Source: a bacterium
Lineage (GTDB): Bacteria > Zhuqueibacterota > Zhuqueibacteria > Oceanimicrobiales > Oceanimicrobiaceae
Assembly (NCBI GenBank): GCA_046757025.1
Contig: JBHHXN010000028.1
Span: 1 to 40,197 of the forward strand
DNA length: 40,197 nt
Reading direction: 5' to 3'
Shown: in pieces, positions 29,231-40,197 of the stretch
Numbering within the stretch: the stretch's first letter is position 1
Layout: every line of letters begins with the position of its first letter
The notes under the pieces: generated by a model
Seen by the model: only the letters and a program-made list of their open reading frames with translations
What the model was told of the DNA's origin: nothing
Databases searched by the model: none
Made by a program: the position numbers and the translations under genes

Positions 29231-30229
29231 TTAATTTCCTAATATTTTCGTGTGCGGGTTGGCTAAACTCCAATTATACCAGAAGGTGTCAAAGCCGTGA
29301 AATCGTTCTGGACACGGCTTCTCTCCCGATTCAAATTCGCCATTTTCCGGATTAAACAGGCAGCCGCTGTCCGAGTCCACCCACCCTCCATCTTGTTTTA
29401 CAAAGCCGGCGCCTTCTGTCAAAAATGCCGCAGTGGAATAAAAAATTTCAGATTTGGGCGGTCGATAGAGAAAAAGATGGGTGTCTCCGAGATCAAAACT
29501 TTTCCCGCCGGTAATTTCATGGTGAGGTACCGCGAAACTCTGGCCCTTATAATGAAAAGCGAAAATGGGTTGTTTAGTTTTAAAACGCTTGTCTTTGGCG
29601 CGAGTTCCCCGAAAGCCCTGATCTGAGGTAAAATAACCCATATAAGGATTGTATGGCTCATCCTCTTTGCCGTTGATGGAGAGCACCAGCGTACCGGGAT
29701 GCTTTTTCACCCAGTCTTTCCACTGCATTTTTGCGCCGATGGGCAGCTCTTTTAATTTGTTGCCTTTCAACTTACCGGCGATGGCTTCGCCGCTCATGAT
29801 GGCCCAGTAGGTGTCGGTTTCCCGGTCCTGCATCACCAACGAGCTGTGAATCAAACCGCCCGAAGCCTCAAAATTGATTTTTTGTCCCGCATATTCCCGG
29901 TCGTACACGACGGCCGTATTTGCTAACGGTCACCAAACCGCCGCAAACGCGATTTCTCCAATTTGATCGTTCACCACTTCGTGGCTGTTCAGCAAGTTCA
30001 GGCTGTATGCTCGCGCCTGACCCTCTGCGACCACGCCGATTATCCAGGAATCGTCCGCGATGTCCGCTTTTTGAGCAGAGACAAACTCGGGCTGCGTGAT
30101 GGCGGCGATAGCCCCGCGGCGTAAAAGCTGCTTAAATTCTTTCGGCAGCTCCTTATTTTGTGAAATAGCTAAAGAAGACATCAATATAATAAACAGGGTT
30201 ATGAAAACAATCTTGTTTGTATTGGCCAT
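29231..30229 (-). CDS. DUF3179-family selenoprotein (332 aa, Sec at codon 100)
   Basis: SD AGGAGG and ATG at 30229; signal peptide; ARAYSL..L.SHEVVND...AVW-TGA-PLANTAVVYDR continues in frame into F.ASG.L..S.LVMQDRET.TYW...GEAI.G, W..W...HP.T.VL and FWYNW...NP.T. The TGA (29930-29932) sits at the Cys of the family's CPL motif. Confidence 0.9.
29897..29913 (-). promoter_or_regulatory. Bacterial SECIS-like hairpin
   Basis: mRNA UGA CCGUUAGCAAAUACGG-CC-GUCG-UGUA-CGAC-CGG. The apical loop UGUA has G at position 2 and starts 22 nt after the UGA. Confidence 0.75.
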
Positions 30230-30458
30230 TTGACCTCCTGACTTATTAAAATGTGGACTTCTGCAATATAGGTGTTCAACCTTTAGGTTGCGGCAGGTTG
30301 AAACCTGAACACCCATTTTAGACGTCGTTTTGCAGAATTCATAAAAAATCGAATACAATATTATATCTCTAAAACGATATTATCAAGGATTAAATTCCCG
30401 CCACCGAAATTCAAGATACGGCAACAAATGGGAAAAGGCAAATTCATTGCGCTGCATG

Positions 30459-30487
30459 TAAAACTTTGTGGGGCCAACCGTCGTCTA
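30459..30487 (+). promoter_or_regulatory. Putative autoregulatory ECF-sigma promoter
   Basis: TAAAAC-N17-CGTCTA, 43 nt upstream of the ECF sigma ATG; matches the AAC...CGT ECF pattern. Confidence 0.6.
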
Positions 30488-30530
30488 ATCAATGTAAATG
30501 AACTCAATCGTGTAAAAGCAAACAGAGCTG

Positions 30531-31133
30531 ATGACGGATTCCCAACTGATCGATAAGTTTTTGAACGGCAAAATCAACGCATTTAACACATTAGTCTGGC
30601 GATGGGAAAAAAATCTTTACAATTTTGTTTTACGCTACCTGGGCGATGGCGAAGAAGCCAGGGACATCTGTCAAAAGACCTTCATTCGGGCTTATCAAAA
30701 CTTGCACCGACTGCGCGACACCCGCAAGTTTTCCACCTGGCTTTTTCAAATTGCCGTCAATTTGTGCCGGGATGAGCTGAAAAAACGCCACCGACATCCA
30801 ACGTTTTCATTGGAAAATTTACAGGAAGACCACCGTGGTGCAGAGGCATTCAATCAAAGTATGCACAACGCATCAACAAATCATCCGGATTATGTGGTGC
30901 AAAATCACGATTTGCGGGAATTACTGAATCGCGCGCTGCAAGCCATTCCAGAAGAACAGCGGGTGGTCATCATCATGAAGGAATACCAGGGATTCAAATT
31001 CACTGAAATCGCCGAAATTCTGGAAACCTCGGTGAACACGGCCAAATCGCGCATGTATTATGGTTTGAGCGCTTTGCGCAAAGTTTTTAAGAAATGGAAA
31101 ATAAATGAGGAGATTTTGAGATATGAAGTGTGA
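30531..31133 (+). CDS. ECF (sigma-70 group 4) RNA polymerase sigma factor
   Basis: AFNTLV, DICQKTFIRAY, FSTWLFQIAVNLCRD (region 2); EQR.V......G....EIAEILETSVNTAKSR (region 4). Confidence 0.93.
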   Translation: MTDSQLIDKFLNGKINAFNTLVWRWEKNLYNFVLRYLGDGEEARDICQKTFIRAYQNLHRLRDTRKFSTWLFQIAVNLCRDELKKRHRHPTFSLENLQEDHRGAEAFNQSMHNASTNHPDYVVQNHDLRELLNRALQAIPEEQRVVIIMKEYQGFKFTEIAEILETSVNTAKSRMYYGLSALRKVFKKWKINEEILRYEV

Positions 31134-31836
31134 CCTGAAAAAAACACAACTTTTAGGTTATTTCTATCAAGACATGGAGGCCGATGAAAAACAGCTAGTG
31201 GAAAAACATCTCTCCGGTTGTGCCGCCTGCCAAAAAGAGCTGAAAAAGCTGTCACAGACCAGTCAAATTCTGCAGCACTGGCCGGACGAGGAGTCGAACA
31301 TCAAATACAATTTCGTGCAGGAAAAATCCAGCCAGTTTGAAAGCCTCAAATCCTTCTGGGCGCGAAAAACAACCTGGCGCGGATTTGCCATTGGATTTGC
31401 CGCCGGTATCGCCGCGGTGCTCGTCGTATTTTCGCTTCTCAATTTTGAAGTGAATTACCTCGACGGTCAATTCAGCGCAAAATTTAATTTGTTTTCTAAG
31501 CCCAAACAGGCCGCCAACATCTCCCGGGATCCCCTGTCACAGCCGGTAACGCAGCGGCAATTCGATCTCTGGCAGCAACAATCGCTTGCGCTCATTCAGG
31601 AATTGATTCAGGACACCGAGGAACGGCAACGGCAGGAAGTGAACGCCAGGTTGGTACAATTTGCCCGGGATCTGGACTATCAGCGCCGGCGAGATTTGCA
31701 ATTGGTGGGCGAAGGCCTGGAAGTGTTTCAATTAACCAATGAAAATCGTTTTCGCCACACCCATGAGACATTGCAGGAGCTCATCAAAGTGGCCCGGTTT
31801 GAGAGAGTTCAAACTCGGCCAGAACAAAAAGACTGA
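31123..31836 (+). CDS. Zinc-binding (zf-HC2/ZAS) membrane anti-sigma factor
   Basis: Overlaps the sigma stop; HLSGCAAC (HxxxCxxC); TM segment GFAIGFAAGIAAVLVVFSLL. Confidence 0.85.
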   Translation: MKCDLKKTQLLGYFYQDMEADEKQLVEKHLSGCAACQKELKKLSQTSQILQHWPDEESNIKYNFVQEKSSQFESLKSFWARKTTWRGFAIGFAAGIAAVLVVFSLLNFEVNYLDGQFSAKFNLFSKPKQAANISRDPLSQPVTQRQFDLWQQQSLALIQELIQDTEERQRQEVNARLVQFARDLDYQRRRDLQLVGEGLEVFQLTNENRFRHTHETLQELIKVARFERVQTRPEQKD

Positions 31837-31875
31837 GCCAAATTAACCGTAATTAATTTTTGGAGATAAATCACC

Positions 31876-33078
31876 ATGTCAGCTAAATATTCAATCAAAA
31901 GATGGCAATATTTACTCATCCCGCTCGCGCTTCTATTGATGACGCCCAGCAATTCAACCGCGCAGTCCCAGGGCGCCATCAACTGGGATCGCATGCAGCG
32001 GGATTTGGATATCATGGAAGGCGTGCTGGACAAACTTTTAAATAGTTCGCCTTATGATTTTGAGCTGGCCATGGCAAACGGCAAAACGCTGGGCACTTTT
32101 TTTAAAGGTTACGGCGTGGTTTTCCAGATCAATTATTCCAGCTTCAACTACGCGGCCATTGTAGACGTGAAGACAAGTATTGAGCTCGAGATGCAACAAT
32201 TAAAACAACTGCAGAAACAAATCGAACCATCCGAATTGCGCATCATTGAAGAATCTCAGCTTAACAAACAAAGCTCAAACATGGCGGAAAGGGTAAATAA
32301 CCTCAAAGATCAGCTCACGGAATTTTTGGGAGATTATGCCGACGCCATCGGTCAGTTGCGAGACAGCCATCGCGTGACTGTGCTGGTCAATTTCGGAAAA
32401 AACCGGTCGGTTCTCACTTACCGTTCGCGCCAAAAACCGAAAAAAGAAAAAGCCATTTCCATGCTTGAGGTTACGGTAAAAAAAAGCGATATCGTGGCCT
32501 ATCGTCAGGGCCGCATCAACGAAGCGGCCTTTCGTAAACGCATCGTATTTCGTGAGCGCACGCAAAACGAAAAAATGCGCAAGAACATCGATATCATGGC
32601 CAATATTATGAACACGGCCTTGCACAAAAAATACCACAAAAATTTCAGCTCGGACGGCAAAACCCATGGCATCTACTTAGAGGGTCTGGGAGTGCTTTTC
32701 TTCATGAACGGTAAAATCGACTGGAATAATCGGCGCATCTTGCTCGAATCGTATATTGAAAATTATCAAAAAGGCCATGAAGTACAAATCACTCGCAAAA
32801 AACGCGAGCGGGAGTCTAAAAAGAAATTTCGTGAAACAATCGACGCTTATAAAGACGCGGTGATCGAAGTAGTGGGAAATTACGGCCACACCTTGCGTAC
32901 ACTCAAACCAACAGAAAATGTCATCGTGGCGGTGCATATCGGTGATTACCTGAGTTACAGCGACGATTTTCCCAACCGTTTTATCGTCAAAATCAACAAA
33001 AGCGATCTGGACAAATACAACCGTGGAAAAATTAAATTCGCAAGCTTCAAGAAAAAAGTCGAGTTCATCGAGTATTGA
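31876..33078 (+). CDS. Secreted hypothetical protein made of two tandem homologous domains
   Basis: Signal peptide; internal repeat visible by eye (see findings). Confidence 0.75.
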   Translation: MSAKYSIKRWQYLLIPLALLLMTPSNSTAQSQGAINWDRMQRDLDIMEGVLDKLLNSSPYDFELAMANGKTLGTFFKGYGVVFQINYSSFNYAAIVDVKTSIELEMQQLKQLQKQIEPSELRIIEESQLNKQSSNMAERVNNLKDQLTEFLGDYADAIGQLRDSHRVTVLVNFGKNRSVLTYRSRQKPKKEKAISMLEVTVKKSDIVAYRQGRINEAAFRKRIVFRERTQNEKMRKNIDIMANIMNTALHKKYHKNFSSDGKTHGIYLEGLGVLFFMNGKIDWNNRRILLESYIENYQKGHEVQITRKKRERESKKKFRETIDAYKDAVIEVVGNYGHTLRTLKPTENVIVAVHIGDYLSYSDDFPNRFIVKINKSDLDKYNRGKIKFASFKKKVEFIEY

Positions 33079-33137
33079 GGAAAATTATTAACCAAACCAA
33101 TCGACTCACTGGTAACCATCATTAAGGAGGTATTGAT

Positions 33138-34004
33138 ATGAACAAATTATTCAACATGCCACCTGCGGTTTCTCTCTGCACGCTTTTGCTGGGATTTTTG
33201 TTTATCATCAGTGGCGATGCACACGCTCTGAGCAAATCTCAAAAAGGCTGGCTGGGCGTGAGCATCGAAGAAATGACGCCTTCCATGGTAGATGAATATG
33301 AAATAGGCAACCGCACCGGCCTGCTCATCACCGATGTGGTGCATAACAGCCCCGCGGACGACGCCGGCTTGTGGGAAGACGATGTCATCGTGGAATTCAA
33401 CGGCAAAGCGGTAGCCATCGCAAAAGATTTTTCAAAAAGCGTGCGAGCGCATAAGCCCGGCGCCACGGTTAAACTGAAAATTGTCCGCGATGGCGAAGAG
33501 AAAACTATCGAAGTCACCCTGGGCAAACTCAAATCGCAACGACGGTATTTGCGCCGGATTGATGAAAATGTCTTCTTCATTTCAGACAGGCCACAATTAG
33601 GGATTCGGGTGGAGGAGCTGAATTCCGATCTAGCGCCCTATTTCCAAGTGGAAGAAGGCGATGGCGTTTTGATCTGGGAAGTGTTCGAAGGCAGTCCCGC
33701 TGAAAAGGCTGGCTTGAAAGCCGGTGACGTCATAACCCAACTGGATGAAGAAAAAATTTCCGATGCGGAGGATTTGATCGCAACTCTGGAAGAGTATGAG
33801 GAGGACGACGAAGTGAAAATCAAATACATCCGCAAAGGCCAAGCCGCCGAAGTGGAAGTGGTGCTGAAGGAAGCAGACCCGCAAGACTTTCATTTTAGTT
33901 TGCCACGTATGCCGCGGATTCGAATTAAGGAATTCAAACGGTTCGATGATGCGCCATCACAAATAATCATAAAAAGGCGTAAGCGCCAATCAGCAGTGAT
34001 TTAG
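33138..34004 (+). CDS. Secreted tandem-PDZ-domain protein (no protease domain)
   Basis: SD AAGGAGG; signal peptide; KGWLGVSI...SPADDAGL..DDVI and PQLGIRV...GSPAEKAGLKAGDVI. Confidence 0.88.
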   Translation: MNKLFNMPPAVSLCTLLLGFLFIISGDAHALSKSQKGWLGVSIEEMTPSMVDEYEIGNRTGLLITDVVHNSPADDAGLWEDDVIVEFNGKAVAIAKDFSKSVRAHKPGATVKLKIVRDGEEKTIEVTLGKLKSQRRYLRRIDENVFFISDRPQLGIRVEELNSDLAPYFQVEEGDGVLIWEVFEGSPAEKAGLKAGDVITQLDEEKISDAEDLIATLEEYEEDDEVKIKYIRKGQAAEVEVVLKEADPQDFHFSLPRMPRIRIKEFKRFDDAPSQIIIKRRKRQSAVI

Positions 34005-34306
34005 AATGAACAGCCATTTGAATGAGAAAAATATTTATCCTATGATTCTAACCAAAAATATTTGTAATTTATAGTATGACTTCTGAACTTTTGCATTTTT
34101 TTACAAGAAAATGGCTAAATGACGCGAAGTGAATGACACGACCCGTCATAAAGTCATCAGGTCATTTGCCTTTGGCGTCATTTTAGACAGCAGCAATAAT
34201 TCACCTCTGTCAATGACAGCGAGGCTTAATGACGGCTGATAATAGCACCATGGTTTGGACCACAACAAAGCAAGTCATTTAAACATTTGCGGCTCCGCCG
34301 CGCTAG

Positions 34307-34769
34307 GTAACTATTCAGCACAGGGCTGTCATTCCTGCGAATGCAGGAATCTCCTTTGACAAACATTTAAACAAGTTCAGCGTACAAGTCTTTCCTCTCT
34401 GAATTTATTTCTCGAATGACATTCGCTTTGTATTCCCGCTGCCATTTTTTCATGCTTTTTTCCTGAGTGATAGCGGCAGTAAAATCTTATGTTTGTTGAA
34501 ACCACACCAGCTGGTGGCAAGGGTATTTTTTTGTAAAGCCATGGCTCAATTCCCTTTTGTGCTCATAAACACGTCGAATAAGATTGTTCGTTACACCGAA
34601 GTAAAGCACATTGTTATGTTTGTTTGCCATCATGTACACGTTGTATGTTTCCACAATTCCTCTACCTGAACCTGTTTTTACTTGATTGAACGCTATGAAT
34701 TCTTTTCTCACTTATTTACATTGAATCAGGAGACTCCTGCATTCGCAGGAGTGACACCTGAATAGTTAC
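34307..34769. mobile_element. TIR/REP-flanked GIY-YIG cassette, copy B (463 bp)
   Basis: Perfect 12-bp TIR GTAACTATTCAG/CTGAATAGTTAC; subterminal inverted GTCAYTCCTGCGAATGCAGGARTCTCC palindromes. Confidence 0.85.
34367..34654 (-). pseudogene. GIY-YIG nuclease (UPF0213-like) pseudogene with one internal stop
   Basis: SD-like AGAGGA then GTG. METYNVYMMANKHNNVLYFGVTNNLIRRVYEHK...FTKKY...LVWFQQT*DFTAAITQEKSMKKWQREYKANVIREINSERKDLYAELV; internal TAA at 34487-34489. Confidence 0.85.
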
Positions 34770-34780
34770 ATGAAAAGTAT

Positions 34781-35047
34781 GGTTCTTCTCCCAAGTCTGG
34801 TAACGTGTACTACATGTAGTATGCTAAGGAACTATGGTAATTAGGTCTTGATTCTTCCTCCTTCTTCTGTGTTGGCGAACAGCATGCGAAGTGAGGAACA
34901 AAATCAAGGCCGAGCGTTTCTGAGCGAGCCGAAGGGTAGCCTTTATTTTGTCCGCAACGGAGCATATCTTATAGCAACACAAGAGAAGGAGTTTCATTAT
35001 GTCAAACACTATATATTGGGGTTCCCGCCAGTCTTGGGAGAAGAACC
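34781..35047. mobile_element. 267-bp MITE with 20-bp TIR and 8-bp TSD (ISL3-like ends)
   Basis: GGTTCTTCTCCCAAGTCTGG versus reverse complement GGTTCTTCTCCCAAGACTGG (19/20); AAAAGTAT duplicated at 34773-34780 and 35048-35055. Confidence 0.88.
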
Positions 35048-35160
35048 AAAAGTATAAATATCTAAACTGGATTTATTGAAAAATCCGTAGCAAACACGCG
35101 GCACATCAATGCTCAATTATGAAAGGAGTCAGGAGATTATCGCAGCAGAGGTGCAAGGAC

Positions 35161-35416
35161 ACCCGCTGTGGTTTCCCTCAAGGGGGACGAAAAGCAAGTC
35201 TCCCCTCGAGGGGAGATTTAGAGGGGTGTCGTGTAAACACATAATGAAATAACAAAACAAAATTACCAAACCAAAGCTGATTAATAAATCACTTCAACTT
35301 ATTCAGCAGAAAAACAACTAAAGCAAAAAGAAACCAAATCGCTCGCAGTTAGGTGCACAGCCCCCCCTGTGGTTCCCCTCGATGGGGATAAAAATTAAGT
35401 CTCTCCTCGAAGGGAT
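35161..35416. repeat. Two degenerate direct copies of a GC-rich palindromic unit
   Basis: CCC.CTGTGGTT.CCCTC.A.GGGGA...AAGTCTC.CCTCGA.GGGA at about 35161-35216 and 35361-35416. Confidence 0.65.
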
Positions 35417-35480
35417 GCCAGACTATCCGCGGGGGTACCAGTAGCGTCTTCCCAGCAAATTAAATTAGAAATTCGCACCG

Positions 35481-36584
35481 TCAATCATCCCCAAAGGACG
35501 TACCCACGGCGCGCGCGGCTTCAATTTCCTGGCAATTTCTCGGCACGAGCCGTTGTTTTTCAATGGCCTTCTCAATGGGCACGGCTTCGATACGGGCGCC
35601 TCTCAAAGCAACCATGTAGCCAAATTTGCCGGCCGCGGCCAGGTCGCAGGCATGCACACCGAATTTCGTGGAAAGATTGCGGTCGAAAGGCGTGGGCGAG
35701 CCGCCCCGCTGCAGATGGCCTAACACCGTCACCCGGGTTTCCAAGCCGGTGTCATCTGAAATACGGTGCCCCACGAGCTCGGCAATACCTCCCAGCCGTT
35801 TGGCATCCGTGCGTTTGACGTCCAGCTCTTTCACCACCATTTCGCCGTCCAGAGCCTTGGCGCCTTCAGCAACACAAACGATGCTGAAGCGCTTACCGTG
35901 CAGACTTCTATCTTTGACTTTTTTGTAAATGCTTTCCCATTTGAAAGGAATTTCCGGAATGAGAATGATATCGGCTCCGCCAGCGAGTCCGGCGCCCAGC
36001 GCGATCCAGCCGGCATATCGGCCCATGACTTCGATAACCATGACTCGGTGGTGCGAAGACGCGGTCGTGTGCAAACGGTCGATGGCCTCGGTGGCGATGT
36101 ACAATGCCGAATCGTAGCCAAAAGTAAGATCGGTGGCCCAAAGATCGTTATCGATGGTTTTGGGCACGCCGACGATATTCATACCCAATCCAGATAATTT
36201 ATGACAAATATTCATGGTGCCGTCGCCGCCGATGGCCACCAACGCATCCAGGCCCCATTTTTTGTAATTTTGCAGAACGCGCGCCGACTCATCGACTATT
36301 TCCACTTTCCCCTGGAGATTTTCAACAGGATAATGAAATGGATCGCCTTTATTGGAGGTGCCTAAAATGGTGCCGCCAAGCGCTAAAATACCTGAAACCG
36401 CCTGGTTTTCAATTTCTCGCATGCGGCCTTCCACCAGCCCTTCAAATCCATCTTCGATGCCGATGACAGTGGCGCCGTATTTGCTCATGGCTGATTTTGC
36501 CACCGCTCGGATCACCGCATTGAGTCCGGGACAATCGCCGCCGCCGGTGATGATTCCAATCCTTTGTCTTGCAGTTCTCGTCAT
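35481..36584 (-). CDS. pfkA: 6-phosphofructokinase (PfkA family, group III-like)
   Basis: TGGGDCPGLNAVIRA, GGTILGTS, IGGDGT, PKTIDND, EVMGR and LGHLQRGG. Confidence 0.93.
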   Translation of the reverse strand: MTRTARQRIGIITGGGDCPGLNAVIRAVAKSAMSKYGATVIGIEDGFEGLVEGRMREIENQAVSGILALGGTILGTSNKGDPFHYPVENLQGKVEIVDESARVLQNYKKWGLDALVAIGGDGTMNICHKLSGLGMNIVGVPKTIDNDLWATDLTFGYDSALYIATEAIDRLHTTASSHHRVMVIEVMGRYAGWIALGAGLAGGADIILIPEIPFKWESIYKKVKDRSLHGKRFSIVCVAEGAKALDGEMVVKELDVKRTDAKRLGGIAELVGHRISDDTGLETRVTVLGHLQRGGSPTPFDRNLSTKFGVHACDLAAAGKFGYMVALRGARIEAVPIEKAIEKQRLVPRNCQEIEAARAVGTSFGDD

Positions 36585-36807
36585 TTGATTTTCCGCAATA
36601 AACTAAGTTAACGATTTGATTATTCATGAAATTGGAGTTAAAATAATCATTGGCTATTTTAAAAGCAAGCACGGATAAATGTAAATCGCCCTATCCAATT
36701 ATTTTATCATAATATTTATAGACATTTTCAATTTTTTTTTGTAAAATTCTAACCTGACTTCTATTAGAAATACTAAATTAATCAAACGCAATTAAAATCA
36801 AACAGCT

Positions 36808-39726
<2,919 letters not shown>

Positions 39727-40022
39727 AGAGACCGGGCTAAATGTCAAAGCGAATAATTGAGAAAAATCGTGACATCGTAAAAAACGGTAACCATGACATG
39801 ACCTTTCATGCTAATGAAGAAATGACAGAAGACTTCCTCAATATTTTGGATATTGAAGCGGCACTTTTTTTCTGATAAAATAAAAGAATTGAATAAATGA
39901 CCCTCGCGGCAGCATATATACAATCGAAGGCATTGCAGTGATGATTCGACTCCCGTTGGAATAGTAGGTAGGTTTCAAGAAACGGGCGTGTTTTTCATAA
40001 TAACAGATTATGAAATTAAATT

Positions 40023-40143
40023 ACTCAAGTTTCGCACTTAGATAATTTAATCTGAAAAATTCACAACTTCGTTGTCATTCAGGAAGAATCCTTTTAATTA
40101 ACAGCAGGTTACTTTAATAAAAAGACTCCTCCTGAGTGACAAC
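40023..40143. mobile_element. Left end of an ACTCAAGTTTCGCA-TIR element with an internal GTTGTCATTCAGGA...TCCTGAGTGACAAC inverted pair (runs off the window)
   Basis: 23/24 identity to 2109-2132; perfect 14-bp inverted match to 2629-2642. Confidence 0.6.
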
Positions 40144-40197
40144 CGGATTCATGACCAATGACCATAAACCGTGAATTTGTGCATTAATCCGGTTAAA

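Noticed and set aside
29231..30358. Two separate genes or a nonsense pseudogene (225 aa + 142 aa ORFs)
   Set aside because: Same frame, TGA at the conserved Cys position, a SECIS-like hairpin and nearby selC all favour one selenoprotein. The 30358 start is an upstream extension beyond the SD-supported ATG at 30229.
39727..40020. Possible gene remnant or ncRNA downstream of gcvP
   Set aside because: Only short broken frames with no recognisable motif or convincing fold; it cannot be supported without a database search.

Overview
Bacterial chromosomal window. The PorV-like and T9SS/FlgD-type C-terminal domains suggest an FCB-group lineage such as KSB1/Calditrichota, but this is an inference. 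Bases 1-21.6 kb form a polysaccharide-utilisation locus, probably for beta-mannosides. It holds the 3' end of a secreted protein, a PorV/PorQ-like beta-barrel, a PpiC/SurA-like chaperone, a CUT1 sugar ABC transporter, two GH130 enzymes, a GH2 beta-mannosidase, three uncharacterised GH-like proteins and a convergent MalK-type ATPase. Bases 21.9-40.2 kb hold a PP2C pseudo-phosphatase fusion, a 5'-nucleotidase, tRNA-Sec (selC), an M1 aminopeptidase, a DUF3179 selenoprotein, an ECF sigma/anti-sigma/hypothetical/PDZ operon, pfkA and gcvP. The ORF track splits the selenoprotein at an in-frame TGA that is followed by a SECIS-like hairpin. The intergenic DNA is rich in small, apparently non-autonomous elements. 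These include two copies of a TIR- and REP-flanked GIY-YIG nuclease pseudogene cassette (one within a three-level nest), MITEs with clear TIRs and TSDs, and five related GTG...CAC TIR shells that each carry a different palindromic cargo.
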